This document shows, one piece after another, positions 27,837 through 38,109 of a stretch of 63,299 nt of DNA. This DNA is from a virus. Lineage: Duplodnaviria > Caudoviricetes. Each line of letters begins with the position of its first letter. The stretch's first letter is position 1. The notes beneath the pieces are model-generated. The model was not told the origin of the DNA and searched no databases. It saw nothing but the letters and a program-made list of their open reading frames with translations. The stretch covers positions 1 to 63,299 of the IMG/VR virus record IMGVR_UViG_3300025536_000016. One strand, 5' to 3'. A program made the translations under genes and the position numbers.

Positions 27837-28511
27837 ATGAAAAACATCAAAGAAGTTAAAATAGAGATTCCGGAACAAATGAAGCATCTCAAATCGGAGA
27901 GAGGTTTTCCCGTTCCCTTTATCGTTCTGATTGATAATCAGGGAAAAGCCCATTTCAAAATCAATGACGATGAGAAATATAAAAAATGTGTCTATGAACA
28001 ATTGTGCCCAATCTGCGGATTAGAACTTTATGAGGACATGTGGTTTATCGGGGGGCCACAATCGGCTTTTAATCCGGTTGGAGTGTTTATTGATTCTCCC
28101 GTTCATAAAGTCTGCGGGACTTATTCCCTCAGAGTATGCCCCTATCTCGCAACAAAAAATTATAATTCTCTGGATGACGAAAAGACGGAAAAATATCTTT
28201 CCAAAATCAAAACTCCCAAAGCACTTTTTGTTGACCAGACGATGATTCCGGATAAACCGAAGATTTTTATTTTTGCGAGGGTTCCGGAGTTCGGAACTAA
28301 GGCTTCTCCTCATAGCGCTAGTGGCTTTTATCTCGTCCCTCGTCGTCCCTACTTAGAAATAGAGATATGGAATCATGGAGAGGAATTAAATCCATCTGAC
28401 TCGATTGAGAGCATGAAGGAATACAAATCTTATTTGATGAATGATGAAAAATTCCTCATAATCTCAAAATCATTTACTAAATCTCCAGCACACGAGGTTT
28501 CCCAGACATGA
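27837..28511 (+). CDS. Conserved phage Zn-binding hypothetical protein
   Basis: RGFPVPF, CPICG, FIGGP, HKVC...CPYL. Confidence 0.75.
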   Translation: MKNIKEVKIEIPEQMKHLKSERGFPVPFIVLIDNQGKAHFKINDDEKYKKCVYEQLCPICGLELYEDMWFIGGPQSAFNPVGVFIDSPVHKVCGTYSLRVCPYLATKNYNSLDDEKTEKYLSKIKTPKALFVDQTMIPDKPKIFIFARVPEFGTKASPHSASGFYLVPRRPYLEIEIWNHGEELNPSDSIESMKEYKSYLMNDEKFLIISKSFTKSPAHEVSQT

Positions 28512-29371
28512 TTTTAATAGATTTCAATCAGATAATGATTTCTAATGCTTCAATTCTATTTCAGAAAGAGGAGAACAAAGAAAATTTTCCTTTCGATGAT
28601 TTCAGATTCATGGTTTTGAATTCCCTCCGGAAATATAATTCCGAGTTTCGGGAATATGGAAAACTGATTATTTGTTGCGAAGGTGCTTTCAAGGAAAAGA
28701 ATTGCTGGCGCCATGAAGAATTCGAGTTTTATAAATATTCTCGGAGGGAAAAATTCTCTACATTCTGGGGTAAAGTTTATCAGGAATTCGATAAACTGAT
28801 AAAAGAATTTCAGGAAAACATTTATTTCCCTCTGATGAGAATCCGGAATTGTGAAGCTGATGATGTAATAGGGATTTTATCCCTCGAAACATTAGAGAAA
28901 TCGGTTATTATCTCAGCAGACAAAGATTTTCAACAACTCCAGAATAAACCGAATATTTTCCAATACGACCCGCTCGGCAAGAGATGGATTAAATGCCCGA
29001 ATCCGAAAATATTTTTGAAGGAACAAATCATCAAGGGAGATAGAAGCGATGGCATACCGAATTGCTTATCTCCGGATGATTCTTTCGCAAAGGGAATCCG
29101 CCAAAAGACGATTTTCCAGACGAAACTTTCAAAATGGATTTATCAGCGTCCCGAGCAATTTCTCGATAAACAGTGTCAGGAATATTATCAGAGAAATAAA
29201 AAATTGATTTTCTTCCATGAAATACCAGCAGAATATAAAGAAAGAATCCTAAATGATTTCTCCTCTCGAATCCTGAACCTGAGTTCCCAGAGGAGAGAAA
29301 ATCAGATGAGGGATTATTTCAATGAAAACGGGTTTATAAAGTTTCTTGAAAAGATGGAGGACTTTGTCTAA
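28508..29371 (+). CDS. T4 RNase H-like 5'-3' exonuclease (FEN family)
   Basis: ILIDFNQI, EADDVIG, SADKDFQQL, KGDRSDGIPN. Confidence 0.92.
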   Translation: MILIDFNQIMISNASILFQKEENKENFPFDDFRFMVLNSLRKYNSEFREYGKLIICCEGAFKEKNCWRHEEFEFYKYSRREKFSTFWGKVYQEFDKLIKEFQENIYFPLMRIRNCEADDVIGILSLETLEKSVIISADKDFQQLQNKPNIFQYDPLGKRWIKCPNPKIFLKEQIIKGDRSDGIPNCLSPDDSFAKGIRQKTIFQTKLSKWIYQRPEQFLDKQCQEYYQRNKKLIFFHEIPAEYKERILNDFSSRILNLSSQRRENQMRDYFNENGFIKFLEKMEDFV

Positions 29372-29595
29372 TGTATCTGACTCAAAAATTAATTGATGAG
29401 ATAAATAAATCGAGTCTGAATCTTAAAAAGAAAGAGGATTCAATCACGGCGTTAATGAGGATTGAATCCAATCGAGGAGCAAACTTCTCTCCGGAGGGAG
29501 AAGTTCTTTCAGAGTTCTTTATCTGGGATAGAACTGTAGAAGGTCAAGAATTCTGGGTTGAAATAAATGAGGCTATCTTTCTGAAAGTCAATTAA
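29371..29595 (+). CDS. Hypothetical protein
   Basis: FIWDRTVEGQEFW motif. Confidence 0.6.
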   Translation: MYLTQKLIDEINKSSLNLKKKEDSITALMRIESNRGANFSPEGEVLSEFFIWDRTVEGQEFWVEINEAIFLKVN

Positions 29596-29652
29596 ATATC
29601 CCTGATTGACATGAAAGATTTATTTGATTAAATTCTAATCTGAGGTAAAGAA

Positions 29653-30021
29653 ATGTCTCGAACACTGTTGATTATTACATTGATATTTATCCTTTTTTCA
29701 ATCGGATGTCTTACGGTGTCAATAATCCTAATCTATAAAACCATAAAGGAGTTAATGAGGAAAATGGGTACTTTTGAAACAAGAATGCAAGGCGTTTTAA
29801 CGGCGGTCAAGGAAGCAAAAGAACATCTCAAAAATGTTCAGCAAGCTTTTGATGATTATAAAGCGAACAACGAATCCGTGACCGGTTCAGAGGACGAGCT
29901 CCTCGAAATCGAACGGGAACTCGGTCTCGCGCAGGACGCGCTTCCTGATACGGATATTCCGGCGGAAGGGACGGGCGAAACGGGAACGGGAGAGGGAGAA
30001 ACCGACGGCGGCGAAGGTTAA
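29653..30021 (+). CDS. Membrane-anchored coiled-coil protein
   Basis: N-terminal TM helix, coiled coil, acidic Gly-rich tail; TTGACA promoter upstream (29606). Confidence 0.6.
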   Translation: MSRTLLIITLIFILFSIGCLTVSIILIYKTIKELMRKMGTFETRMQGVLTAVKEAKEHLKNVQQAFDDYKANNESVTGSEDELLEIERELGLAQDALPDTDIPAEGTGETGTGEGETDGGEG

Positions 30022-30058
30022 TCGAATCTCCGGATAAAACCGAATAGCGATAATAAAA

Positions 30059-30095
30059 AGTAGCTCTGATTAATTTATAATCGGGCTACTTTTTT
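30059..30095 (+). terminator. Intrinsic terminator
   Basis: AGTAGCTC...GGGCTACT followed by TTTTT. Confidence 0.65.
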
Positions 30096-30139
30096 CATAT
30101 TTTACAAATCTGATAAAAAAGGATTAAAATTCTCACACT

Positions 30140-31828
30140 ATGACGCATCCATTGATAAAATCGAAAAGCTTAGGATTTAATACTTTGAAACAGCAACTCT
30201 CTCTTTCCAAAGATGAGAAATTAATTTTTGATAGTTTTCTGAAAGCTTATCGAGGAGATTACTGGCGAAGTTCAAAAGGATTCCTCGGGCCCCTCATTGC
30301 CCAGAACTCTCAGAAAATGTTCAAGGATAGATTCGTTTCTCGAAATATCATTGGTGAAATCATTAACACAATCTCTGATTCCTTCCTCAAATCTCCGAAT
30401 TGGTATATTGAAAAGGGAGGAGAAAAATTATCGAATGAAAGCGATAAACCGAAAATAAAAGATACTCCGGATAATCCGGATAATCCAGATAATCCGGAAA
30501 CCCCTCCTCCAGATAATCCGGAGGATTCCCAATTGAAGGACACGAAAGACAAGATTGATAAAATCCTCTCGAAATTCTGGGAAAAACAAAATCTTGAGCA
30601 GAAGCTCCAGAAAGCATTTAATTCGAGACTCGTCGCCTCCAGAGGAGGGCTGAGGGTTTATATCCCTAATTCAAAGAAAAAGAATCTCAATAAGTTATCT
30701 CTCGATGATATTAGAACGTGTCTGGATTCCATCAGAATCGAGCACATTAAACCGGAACGGTCGCGAATGATGGATGACGAGGGCGACAAGCTTTCAATCG
30801 TCTCCTACACGAAAAAATTGGATTATGATACGAACGAGGATGCGGAAATAATCGAATTCTCTTTTGTCGATGATAACGGAAAAACCATCATTGGAGTTGT
30901 TTCCGATAAACAGACGGAAACATTCTCGATTGAGGCTCTTGCTTCAACCCCAGTCGAAAATCGAGACACGAAAAAGAAAGATATTTCAACCGGCTTGAAT
31001 CTGGATTCAGAGACAACATTTTTTGAAATCTCCGGAGAACCTTTCGTCTCGGAACAGCTCATGGAGCTATCCGCCTTCCTGAATCTTGTTCTCACTTTGG
31101 CAGCAATTGGAATTTTTGAAACTGGATTTCAGGAAATCATTACAACGAACACTCAATTCAAAACGGAAAAAATCCTCAATGAAAAAACCGGTAAGATGGA
31201 AGATGTTCCCGTAGGATTAGAACGTGGCGGAGCGATGATTCAGAATTTCAAAGGAATTGAAAAAATTGATTTGGAATCAGGGAAAAAGGAAAGACACGAG
31301 CCGAAGGTTACAATTAAAGACCCTGTTCCAATGGAGAATTTCGTTCTCGCGAAACAAATAGCCTATGAATCCTGTCTTGAGGAAGCCGGTCAGCAATATA
31401 AGCTCATCTCCGGAGATGCGATGGCATCGGCAGTTTCGAGGATTCAGGCAATGGCAGGATTTTATCTCCGGATAAAGAAGTTCAAAGCTGATATTGATTC
31501 ATTAGGCTCGTGGGTTCTGACAACGATTTTGAAATTCATCGGATTAAATCCTAAAAATGGTCTGGATGATTTCCGAGTCGTTTTTGATTCCAAGATTGAC
31601 ATTGGCCCATTAACCCCAGAGGAAAAGAATTTTATTATTTCAATGGTGAATAATAAAATCATTTCCAAAGAAACAGCCCGTGTATTATTGAACATTGATA
31701 ATCCTACTTTGGAGAATCTATTGATTGAAAACGAGGAAGCTGCTGCGACTGAAAAGGAAATCGGAAAGGAAAAGAAGCTTCAGGAAATCCGCCCAGCTAA
31801 TTCCGGATTCCCTCCATCGAATCAATGA
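30140..31828 (+). CDS. Portal protein
   Basis: 562 aa, first gene of head module, SRNIIGEIIN, C-terminal IISKETARVLL; PDN repeat insertion at 30467-30499. Confidence 0.7.
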   Translation: MTHPLIKSKSLGFNTLKQQLSLSKDEKLIFDSFLKAYRGDYWRSSKGFLGPLIAQNSQKMFKDRFVSRNIIGEIINTISDSFLKSPNWYIEKGGEKLSNESDKPKIKDTPDNPDNPDNPETPPPDNPEDSQLKDTKDKIDKILSKFWEKQNLEQKLQKAFNSRLVASRGGLRVYIPNSKKKNLNKLSLDDIRTCLDSIRIEHIKPERSRMMDDEGDKLSIVSYTKKLDYDTNEDAEIIEFSFVDDNGKTIIGVVSDKQTETFSIEALASTPVENRDTKKKDISTGLNLDSETTFFEISGEPFVSEQLMELSAFLNLVLTLAAIGIFETGFQEIITTNTQFKTEKILNEKTGKMEDVPVGLERGGAMIQNFKGIEKIDLESGKKERHEPKVTIKDPVPMENFVLAKQIAYESCLEEAGQQYKLISGDAMASAVSRIQAMAGFYLRIKKFKADIDSLGSWVLTTILKFIGLNPKNGLDDFRVVFDSKIDIGPLTPEEKNFIISMVNNKIISKETARVLLNIDNPTLENLLIENEEAAATEKEIGKEKKLQEIRPANSGFPPSNQ

Positions 31829-32021
31829 TAGTTTACAAATAAGATTTTATCAGTTATTTTATCTTTAGATGCCACTTGTCGAGCAAGCCCGACATCTAAA
31901 AATCCTGATAAGTTGTAGGGCAACAAAATCAGAAAGGGAATTTTCGCTATTTGAAATATATCTCTTTTTCTTTTGTCATTTCGTGTAGGGCACTAAATAA
32001 AATCTGAGGAGAAATTGATAT

Positions 32022-32876
32022 ATGATATGCAAAGGTAAGTATTCAAAGAAAGAGGATATTCCGGATGGTTTAGATTCAGAATTTGAATTGCGGAATGGCG
32101 AATACTATTTGAAAGAGTCAGCGATTGATGGAGGAGACGAGATTTTTGCCAGTGGAGCTGTTGCAAACAAAACTCGTGCGATGAATCAATTAAAGACGAA
32201 GAAAGAGGAACTTGAGGATGCAAAGGAAACCATCAAGGAATTAGAGGAGAAAGTTAAATCCTCGAATGTCAAAGATGGAACGGTCCTTTCTCCGGAGGAA
32301 GCGAAAACTTGGAAAGCCTATCAGGAGCTAGGGGCACTGAAAGACGTCAAGAAAATGGTCGAGGAATTTCCCCAATTGACCGAAAAATTGACGAACATTT
32401 CCGAAACGGGTTCTCTGGAGCAATTCTCGAAAGATTCAGGATTAAATCTTGATGTTCTGAAAGATTGGAAATTTGATAAAACAAAAGGTGAAGGAATCGA
32501 GTTCTTTCTCAAGGATGATATTCAGAAAATCAAAGGGGTTGATACGAAAGTAAAAGTCCCAATGGCGCGACTGAAAGAAAAGGATGAAACTTCCGGCGAG
32601 GTCAAAGTCACGGAACATCCCGTTCTCGATGTAGCAAAGAAAAGGTTATCCTATTATCAAGTTGAAGCCTTGACAAAAGCTTCACCAAATCAGGATTCAA
32701 AAATCGTTCTGAATAATTCTCCGGAGGATTCAAATAATATTTACATTCCGAATCTCGGCTCCGGCGGAAATGAAGTAAACAATTCTGGCGACGGCAAAAA
32801 GGAAAAACCTGTTGATACTTTCAATAAGGAAAGGGACTCAAAACCCAGCCCGTTTGACCCGCCAAAAACGACTTAA
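32022..32876 (+). CDS. Capsid scaffolding protein
   Basis: Charged coiled coil between portal and capsid; EDIPDGL...GEYYL start. Confidence 0.65.
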   Translation: MICKGKYSKKEDIPDGLDSEFELRNGEYYLKESAIDGGDEIFASGAVANKTRAMNQLKTKKEELEDAKETIKELEEKVKSSNVKDGTVLSPEEAKTWKAYQELGALKDVKKMVEEFPQLTEKLTNISETGSLEQFSKDSGLNLDVLKDWKFDKTKGEGIEFFLKDDIQKIKGVDTKVKVPMARLKEKDETSGEVKVTEHPVLDVAKKRLSYYQVEALTKASPNQDSKIVLNNSPEDSNNIYIPNLGSGGNEVNNSGDGKKEKPVDTFNKERDSKPSPFDPPKTT

Positions 32877-32902
32877 TTCTTAGATAATGAGGAAATAAAA
32901 TA

Positions 32903-33544
32903 ATGATTCGAGAAACTTTTAAGGATATTTCATTGCCTCCTTTCGTTCACAGTCGTCATAGCTTACAGCGGGATAATGGGCGCCAGATTGATTGGTCACT
33001 TGTGACTAATAGATTCATGAAAGGTGCTTTCGTTGTGACGATGAATGCGGCGGCATTAGCAGCAGCAACTTCAATAACAGTCCTTCCGCTTCCGAAAGCA
33101 CTTAAGGCTGGACAGGTCATTGATTTCGGAGGAGCAAAATTCGCGAGAGTTACGGCTGATACAGCCGCTGGCGAAGTCACGGTTCCGGTAGCAGCTTTGG
33201 GAGTTGCTCTCGGAGGAACAGAAACTTCTTGGCTTGGTGGTCGAGGAGGAAAATTCATTCCTGCGGGAACGGAAATGGATTTATTATCATCAGGGAAAAT
33301 CGTTCCCTCGATTCTCGCAACCGGCGGTGTTACCTGCTACTGCTTACTCGCGACTGATGCTTCAGAGGATATGCCCTCGGATGGAATGGGAGCCTACGGG
33401 GTTTTCGTTGGAGGAAATTTCTTTGAAAATCTCCTACCGGCAGCGATTAAAGCGTCATCGACAACGATTGATTCCAACTTCAAGACGGAATTAAGAGCTC
33501 GCGGTGGCTCATGGCAGTTCTTTCAATATTCAGACAACACTTAA
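32903..33544 (+). CDS. Head decoration / minor capsid protein
   Basis: GGKFIPAGT...GVFVGGNFFENLLP; directly before the major capsid gene. Confidence 0.65.
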   Translation: MIRETFKDISLPPFVHSRHSLQRDNGRQIDWSLVTNRFMKGAFVVTMNAAALAAATSITVLPLPKALKAGQVIDFGGAKFARVTADTAAGEVTVPVAALGVALGGTETSWLGGRGGKFIPAGTEMDLLSSGKIVPSILATGGVTCYCLLATDASEDMPSDGMGAYGVFVGGNFFENLLPAAIKASSTTIDSNFKTELRARGGSWQFFQYSDNT

Positions 33545-33609
33545 AATCTAAAAACTTTTAGGTCTGATTCTATAAAAGATTAAAAGATTATTTAGAGGAG
33601 ATTAACAAA

Positions 33610-34749
33610 ATGGAATTTGATTTGAGGGATGCTATAGCTGCTTTAGATTCAGGTGATGTCTTTGAAACTGCTAACGGCGCCCGACCTGCAAATGATTATC
33701 TGGGAAACAAAATCCTTCCTAATGTCAATATGGATGAATACGACGTGAGCGGAGGCTCATTGACGATTCAAACCACAATGGCCGGACTTCAGGGAATGGA
33801 TTCGGTTCCTGCGGAAGGTGGATATGCGGAAATGTCCACTTATAAAGGAAATACCGGTAAAATCGGAATCGGAGGAGTTATTCCGGAAAGAATGCTTCGG
33901 CAACTCCAGACTTGGATGCTCCGAATGACCGCTGAAAGAAAGGACACGACTTCCTTGATTCAGGAAACCGGAATGAATTTCTATAACAAGATTATCGTTC
34001 AAGCTATCCTCGATAGAGAGGAATGGCTTAAATGGCAAGTCTTGACGACCGGCAAATTGGATTGGACTTTCAATGGAATCAATCTGAAAGCCGATTATGG
34101 CGTGCCTACGACGAATTTCTTGTCCGCTCAAACCGGCAACAATCGTTACGGCGGAACGACTTCTCAACTTTGGGCGGATATTTATAAGCTCTACGAAATC
34201 CTCAATTGGGAGATTTCTGCTTTCTTTGTCCATCCGAAATTGTTAAGAGATATTATGGCTAACGCTCTCGTTAACCAGCTTCAATTCGTTTCCCAGAACA
34301 CGGCGACGGGAGTCTTTTCCTTCACTCGAAGAATCGCAGTGAACGGCGTCAATATCACTTCGCCCGACCCGAGAGACCAGCTGACTTTGATTGCTTATGG
34401 AAAGGAAGGAACGGTTCGCGATTCTTCCAATCTGGAAGGAATCAAGAAAGTTCCTTTCCTTACTCCGGGCGCGCTCGTTGCAATCGGAAAACCCATTGAT
34501 TCTTCAAATGTGTTCATGGTTGCCGGTCAAGGTTCGACAGTTCCTCCGGAATTGGATTCTCCGGTTCGTCTCGGATATGGACACGTCGCTCCGACAACTG
34601 AGGGCGGTGGCAGACCCGGACGCTGGGGTAAAATCTGGGTTCCGGAAAATGAACCGGAAAAAATCTATTCGAGAGGAGTAGATAATTTCTTACCGGTTCT
34701 GGAAGCGGAAAAACGCCTCGCAGTCGCTTCATCCCAATTGATGAGCTAA
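33610..34749 (+). CDS. Major capsid protein (lambda gpE-like)
   Basis: 379 aa; REEWLKWQVLTTGK...ADYGVP; position in head module. Confidence 0.85.
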   Translation: MEFDLRDAIAALDSGDVFETANGARPANDYLGNKILPNVNMDEYDVSGGSLTIQTTMAGLQGMDSVPAEGGYAEMSTYKGNTGKIGIGGVIPERMLRQLQTWMLRMTAERKDTTSLIQETGMNFYNKIIVQAILDREEWLKWQVLTTGKLDWTFNGINLKADYGVPTTNFLSAQTGNNRYGGTTSQLWADIYKLYEILNWEISAFFVHPKLLRDIMANALVNQLQFVSQNTATGVFSFTRRIAVNGVNITSPDPRDQLTLIAYGKEGTVRDSSNLEGIKKVPFLTPGALVAIGKPIDSSNVFMVAGQGSTVPPELDSPVRLGYGHVAPTTEGGGRPGRWGKIWVPENEPEKIYSRGVDNFLPVLEAEKRLAVASSQLMS

Positions 34750-34763
34750 TCCCTTGATGATTC

Positions 34764-34809
34764 GATATTCAGGGAGGGTTTCCCGAAAGGTAAATCTTTC
34801 CTGAATATC
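34764..34809 (+). terminator. Hairpin downstream of the capsid gene
   Basis: GATATTCAGG...CCTGAATATC inverted repeat. Confidence 0.45.
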
Positions 34810-34901
34810 ATCATGAGGAGATAAGGATAAAAGACGATTAGGCTCGATTTATGGAGCCGACTTCCCAGCAAGAATTTAATAAATTGAGGAGAAATTAAGA
34901 T

Positions 34902-35366
34902 ATGTCAGAGGAAAACACAGAAAAAGTTCAAATGGTTGAATTCGAGGTCAAGGAAAATTTTAATGACCCGAAAAATCAGCTCCATTATGGAAGGGGGCTT
35001 TGGCCTCTCGATAAAGAAACCGCCAAAAGATTTCAAAAAGAAGGTCGAGGGAAAATTACAAGCCAAACTCTCCAGAATGAAGCCTTTCTTGAAGCAAAAG
35101 CCGATGCAGAAAAGAAAGAGGAAGATTTTCAGAAATTAACGGCGCCCGGTCAGGGAACGGATTCAACTGATGAGGAATCAGAGGAAGAAACCGGAGAAGC
35201 GACGGAGCTTCCGGAAAACACTCCGGAAAGAGAATTATTAATCTCCGGAGGATTGGACACCATCGAAAAATTAAAGAATGCTTCTGAGGAAGATATTTTG
35301 AAGATTGAAGGCATCGGCGGCGTCAAGGCAACGAAAATCGGTCTTTTCCTTTCTGAATTAAAATAA
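34902..35366 (+). CDS. Protein with C-terminal helix-hairpin-helix
   Basis: ASEEDILKIEGIGGVKATKI. Confidence 0.7.
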   Translation: MSEENTEKVQMVEFEVKENFNDPKNQLHYGRGLWPLDKETAKRFQKEGRGKITSQTLQNEAFLEAKADAEKKEEDFQKLTAPGQGTDSTDEESEEETGEATELPENTPERELLISGGLDTIEKLKNASEEDILKIEGIGGVKATKIGLFLSELK

Positions 35367-35430
35367 ATCTGGAATGGGGGTTACAGATTTTTAATTTTGA
35401 TGAGGAGAGGAAAAAGGGAGCGGGATTTTT

Positions 35431-35850
35431 ATGAAGCAAACTCAGATTGAAGCTCTTTCGGGAGGAGAGTTCACAACTCAGGAGCTAACTTATATCCGGA
35501 GAATCGTAATTGATAAAAGTTTCTCCGAGATAAAAAATCTCGTTCCTCTTTTAACCCTTTTCGATGACCAAGACCCGCCCGTTGTCCTTCCTGATGAGGA
35601 ACAATCAGAAAGAAAGCTGATGAGGTCTCACGTGAAAGTTTATTTTGATAAGTTCCTCGATGGAACTGTTAAAGTAAAGGGCGGAAAACGTGGCTCGGAT
35701 TTCGATAATACACGGGACAAGATGGATTTACGAAGGGAAGTCCGGAGAATGCTCCAGCTTCCGAGTTTGACTGATGAAGAATTGGCGGATTTGGATAGAA
35801 TTTATTTCTCTGAATCCTCGAACTCCGTTCCTTCATCGAGGAGCTTTTGA
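35431..35850 (+). CDS. Putative head-tail adaptor
   Basis: Position and size only. Confidence 0.45.
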   Translation: MKQTQIEALSGGEFTTQELTYIRRIVIDKSFSEIKNLVPLLTLFDDQDPPVVLPDEEQSERKLMRSHVKVYFDKFLDGTVKVKGGKRGSDFDNTRDKMDLRREVRRMLQLPSLTDEELADLDRIYFSESSNSVPSSRSF

Positions 35851-35858
35851 TTAATTAA

Positions 35859-36185
35859 ATGCCTAATCTAACAGAAGCAATATTTACAGAATTGGAAGTG
35901 AATCGAATCCTCGAATTAGGTGAAGATTCGACTTTGAGCGTGAAAAAAGGTTCCGGTTCTTGGTCTGATATTCCGGATGGCTGGTTCTTTGAACAAGTCG
36001 ACCAAAGACCCTCTGGAGGAAAGAAATTTTATAGATTGTCCGTTGCTGATATTGAGGGAACACGTTCCCAGATACTCGCGACTATGGACACTGCGAAAGT
36101 GAATCTGAGGGAATATAAGGTAACTGATAAAGATGCTCCAATCGGAGAAACACGAGAATGGATTATTGAACTTTTACCATTATAA
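35859..36185 (+). CDS. Putative head closure protein
   Basis: Position; beta-rich 108 aa. Confidence 0.45.
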   Translation: MPNLTEAIFTELEVNRILELGEDSTLSVKKGSGSWSDIPDGWFFEQVDQRPSGGKKFYRLSVADIEGTRSQILATMDTAKVNLREYKVTDKDAPIGETREWIIELLPL

Positions 36186-36190
36186 AATTA

Positions 36191-36610
36191 ATGAGAATAA
36201 CCGTTAAAATTCCTCAGAAATTATTGAAAATCAAATCTCGATTCTATCAAGCAATGAATCGGGCTTCTTTGAAAATCGAAGATATTGGCTTAAAGGGAAT
36301 TCAGAATTCCATTAAAAAGAGATGGTTCAGGACGGGAAATTCCCTAAATAAAGTCACTTCTCAGAGGGTTGATGTTTCTCCGGAAAAGAAAGAGATAAAT
36401 TTTATCAGCGGAACTAATTATGATATATTCGGAGAGTACGGAACGGGAAAAAGGGGCTCTTCAAGTCAACCGGAATTTACTCCAAGCGGATGGGTTTATG
36501 GAACTTCGATAATGGGAATGGATTCAAGATTCATGTTTCATACGGGAATCGAGGAAGTGCTTCCGGAGATAAACGAGAAATTTGTTTCTGAAATGATGAA
36601 GGCATTATGA
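36191..36610 (+). CDS. HK97 gp10-like neck/tail completion protein
   Basis: RTGNSLN...YDIFGEYGTG...RFMF. Confidence 0.7.
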   Translation: MRITVKIPQKLLKIKSRFYQAMNRASLKIEDIGLKGIQNSIKKRWFRTGNSLNKVTSQRVDVSPEKKEINFISGTNYDIFGEYGTGKRGSSSQPEFTPSGWVYGTSIMGMDSRFMFHTGIEEVLPEINEKFVSEMMKAL

Positions 36611-37185
36611 AAACTTTAGCCCCGAATACGGGAGAAATCATCAATCAATGTAAATTAATCCTTCAAGGAATTAATTTTGCCGTTAACCCCGACATTGATA
36701 CTGCCGTTCCTCCGAAATATAATGTCTTTCCTGAATGGATAGAATCCTTTGATAATGGGAACAACCCAGACGCCCTTAGAAGCGATTTAGACACCTATTC
36801 AGATGTTGTCGAGGGAGTGAATGTGACACTCGGTCGAGTCAATTCTTGGTTAATAGATGAATTATCAATAACTTCCTCTGATATTCCCTTAAAATCGAAT
36901 ATTCTGAACGATAAACAGCCGAGAAAAAAAAGAGTCGAAAGATTATTAAGATTGTTCTATTTTTATCAATACAAGGGCGACGGAGTGACTTATGTCCGGA
37001 GGGTTATTGATTTAGCGAGAGAAGCTTTCAATAAACCCGCTCTTGGATTCTCAGAACCGAAGTCGAATTTTATCGAGTCGGTTTCTGATTTACAAGTTCC
37101 CTTAATATCAGAGGGAGATTTCAACGGCATCATCGCTTATATTCGAGGGTGTCAATTACGGGTAACCACAATAGAGCCAAGGTAA
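36607..37185 (+). CDS. Putative tail terminator
   Basis: Position before the major tail gene. Confidence 0.45.
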   Translation: MKTLAPNTGEIINQCKLILQGINFAVNPDIDTAVPPKYNVFPEWIESFDNGNNPDALRSDLDTYSDVVEGVNVTLGRVNSWLIDELSITSSDIPLKSNILNDKQPRKKRVERLLRLFYFYQYKGDGVTYVRRVIDLAREAFNKPALGFSEPKSNFIESVSDLQVPLISEGDFNGIIAYIRGCQLRVTTIEPR

Positions 37186-37218
37186 AGCTGGCTAATTTTA
37201 AGATAGGAGTAAAAAATT

Positions 37219-37992
37219 ATGTACGGTTCATTTCAGGGAGAGATTTTCTTAGCTGAAAGAAGTGTCGGTGGCAATCCGGTTTTACCTTATGAAAGTATTG
37301 GCGATGCCAATGTTTTCGATGTAGGAAACTCGGTTGACAAGTTAACGGTAAAGGAATCAATTTCCGGATTCAGAAAAACGGCGGTCTCCGTCATCACTGG
37401 TCAGGAAAACACTTTTACCATCAATTTCAGGGATATTAAGCCCATCAATTTCGCAATCTTGGCTCTCGGATTGGTCATTGATGTTGCGGGTTCTACGGTC
37501 ACAAATGAGGCTTTTCCAACGGGGCTCGCGGTCGGCGATGTTCTTTTCCTCGATAAGCCGGGAAAAGTTTCCGCAATTACTCTGATGGATAATACCGGTT
37601 CTCCGGTAACTCTGGTTCTCGGAACACATTTCGAGCACGATGGTTATGGAAAAATCGTTATCAAATCTTTAGGAGGATTGACCCAGCCTTTGAAAGCTTC
37701 GACTTATACCGTTGTCGCGATTCAGAAAGTTCCGATTCAGATTCAGTCTCCTCCGGAAAGAGCTCTTTTGTTCAATGGAGTCAACACCGCGGAATTCAAT
37801 TCTGATGGCACATTCAAAAGAGTTCGATTGATTTATTATCGGATTCGTTTCAACCCCGTCGAAACGATGAACTGGATTCAGGAATCCGATGCCCTGAGCC
37901 TTCCTGTTACGGGCGATATTCTGGAGGACCCGACAAAAATCCAGAGCTCGACCCAATCGAAAGTCGGCGAATTAATTTATTTGGATGCATAA
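37219..37992 (+). CDS. Major tail (tube) protein
   Basis: FQGEIFLAER...KESISGFRK...LLFNGVNTA; precedes chaperones and tape measure. Confidence 0.75.
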   Translation: MYGSFQGEIFLAERSVGGNPVLPYESIGDANVFDVGNSVDKLTVKESISGFRKTAVSVITGQENTFTINFRDIKPINFAILALGLVIDVAGSTVTNEAFPTGLAVGDVLFLDKPGKVSAITLMDNTGSPVTLVLGTHFEHDGYGKIVIKSLGGLTQPLKASTYTVVAIQKVPIQIQSPPERALLFNGVNTAEFNSDGTFKRVRLIYYRIRFNPVETMNWIQESDALSLPVTGDILEDPTKIQSSTQSKVGELIYLDA

Positions 37993-38109
37993 TCCGGATA
38001 AAAATCTGGGTTCCGAATTCTGTAAGCCATCTTATTCGGAATCCAGAATTTTCATTTCTCAAGATGGCTAAAATCAAATAAAATAAAATAGGTTAGATAG
38101 GAGATAAAG

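Noticed and set aside
30467-30520. CRISPR or functional DNA repeat (CCGGATAAT units)
   Set aside because: In-frame 9-bp coding repeat giving a PDN linker in the portal; no spacers
31866-31899. Twister-like ribozyme (TGCC...CAAGCCCGAC) before the scaffold gene
   Set aside because: Only a simple hairpin; the twister pseudoknots and cleavage-site motif cannot be built
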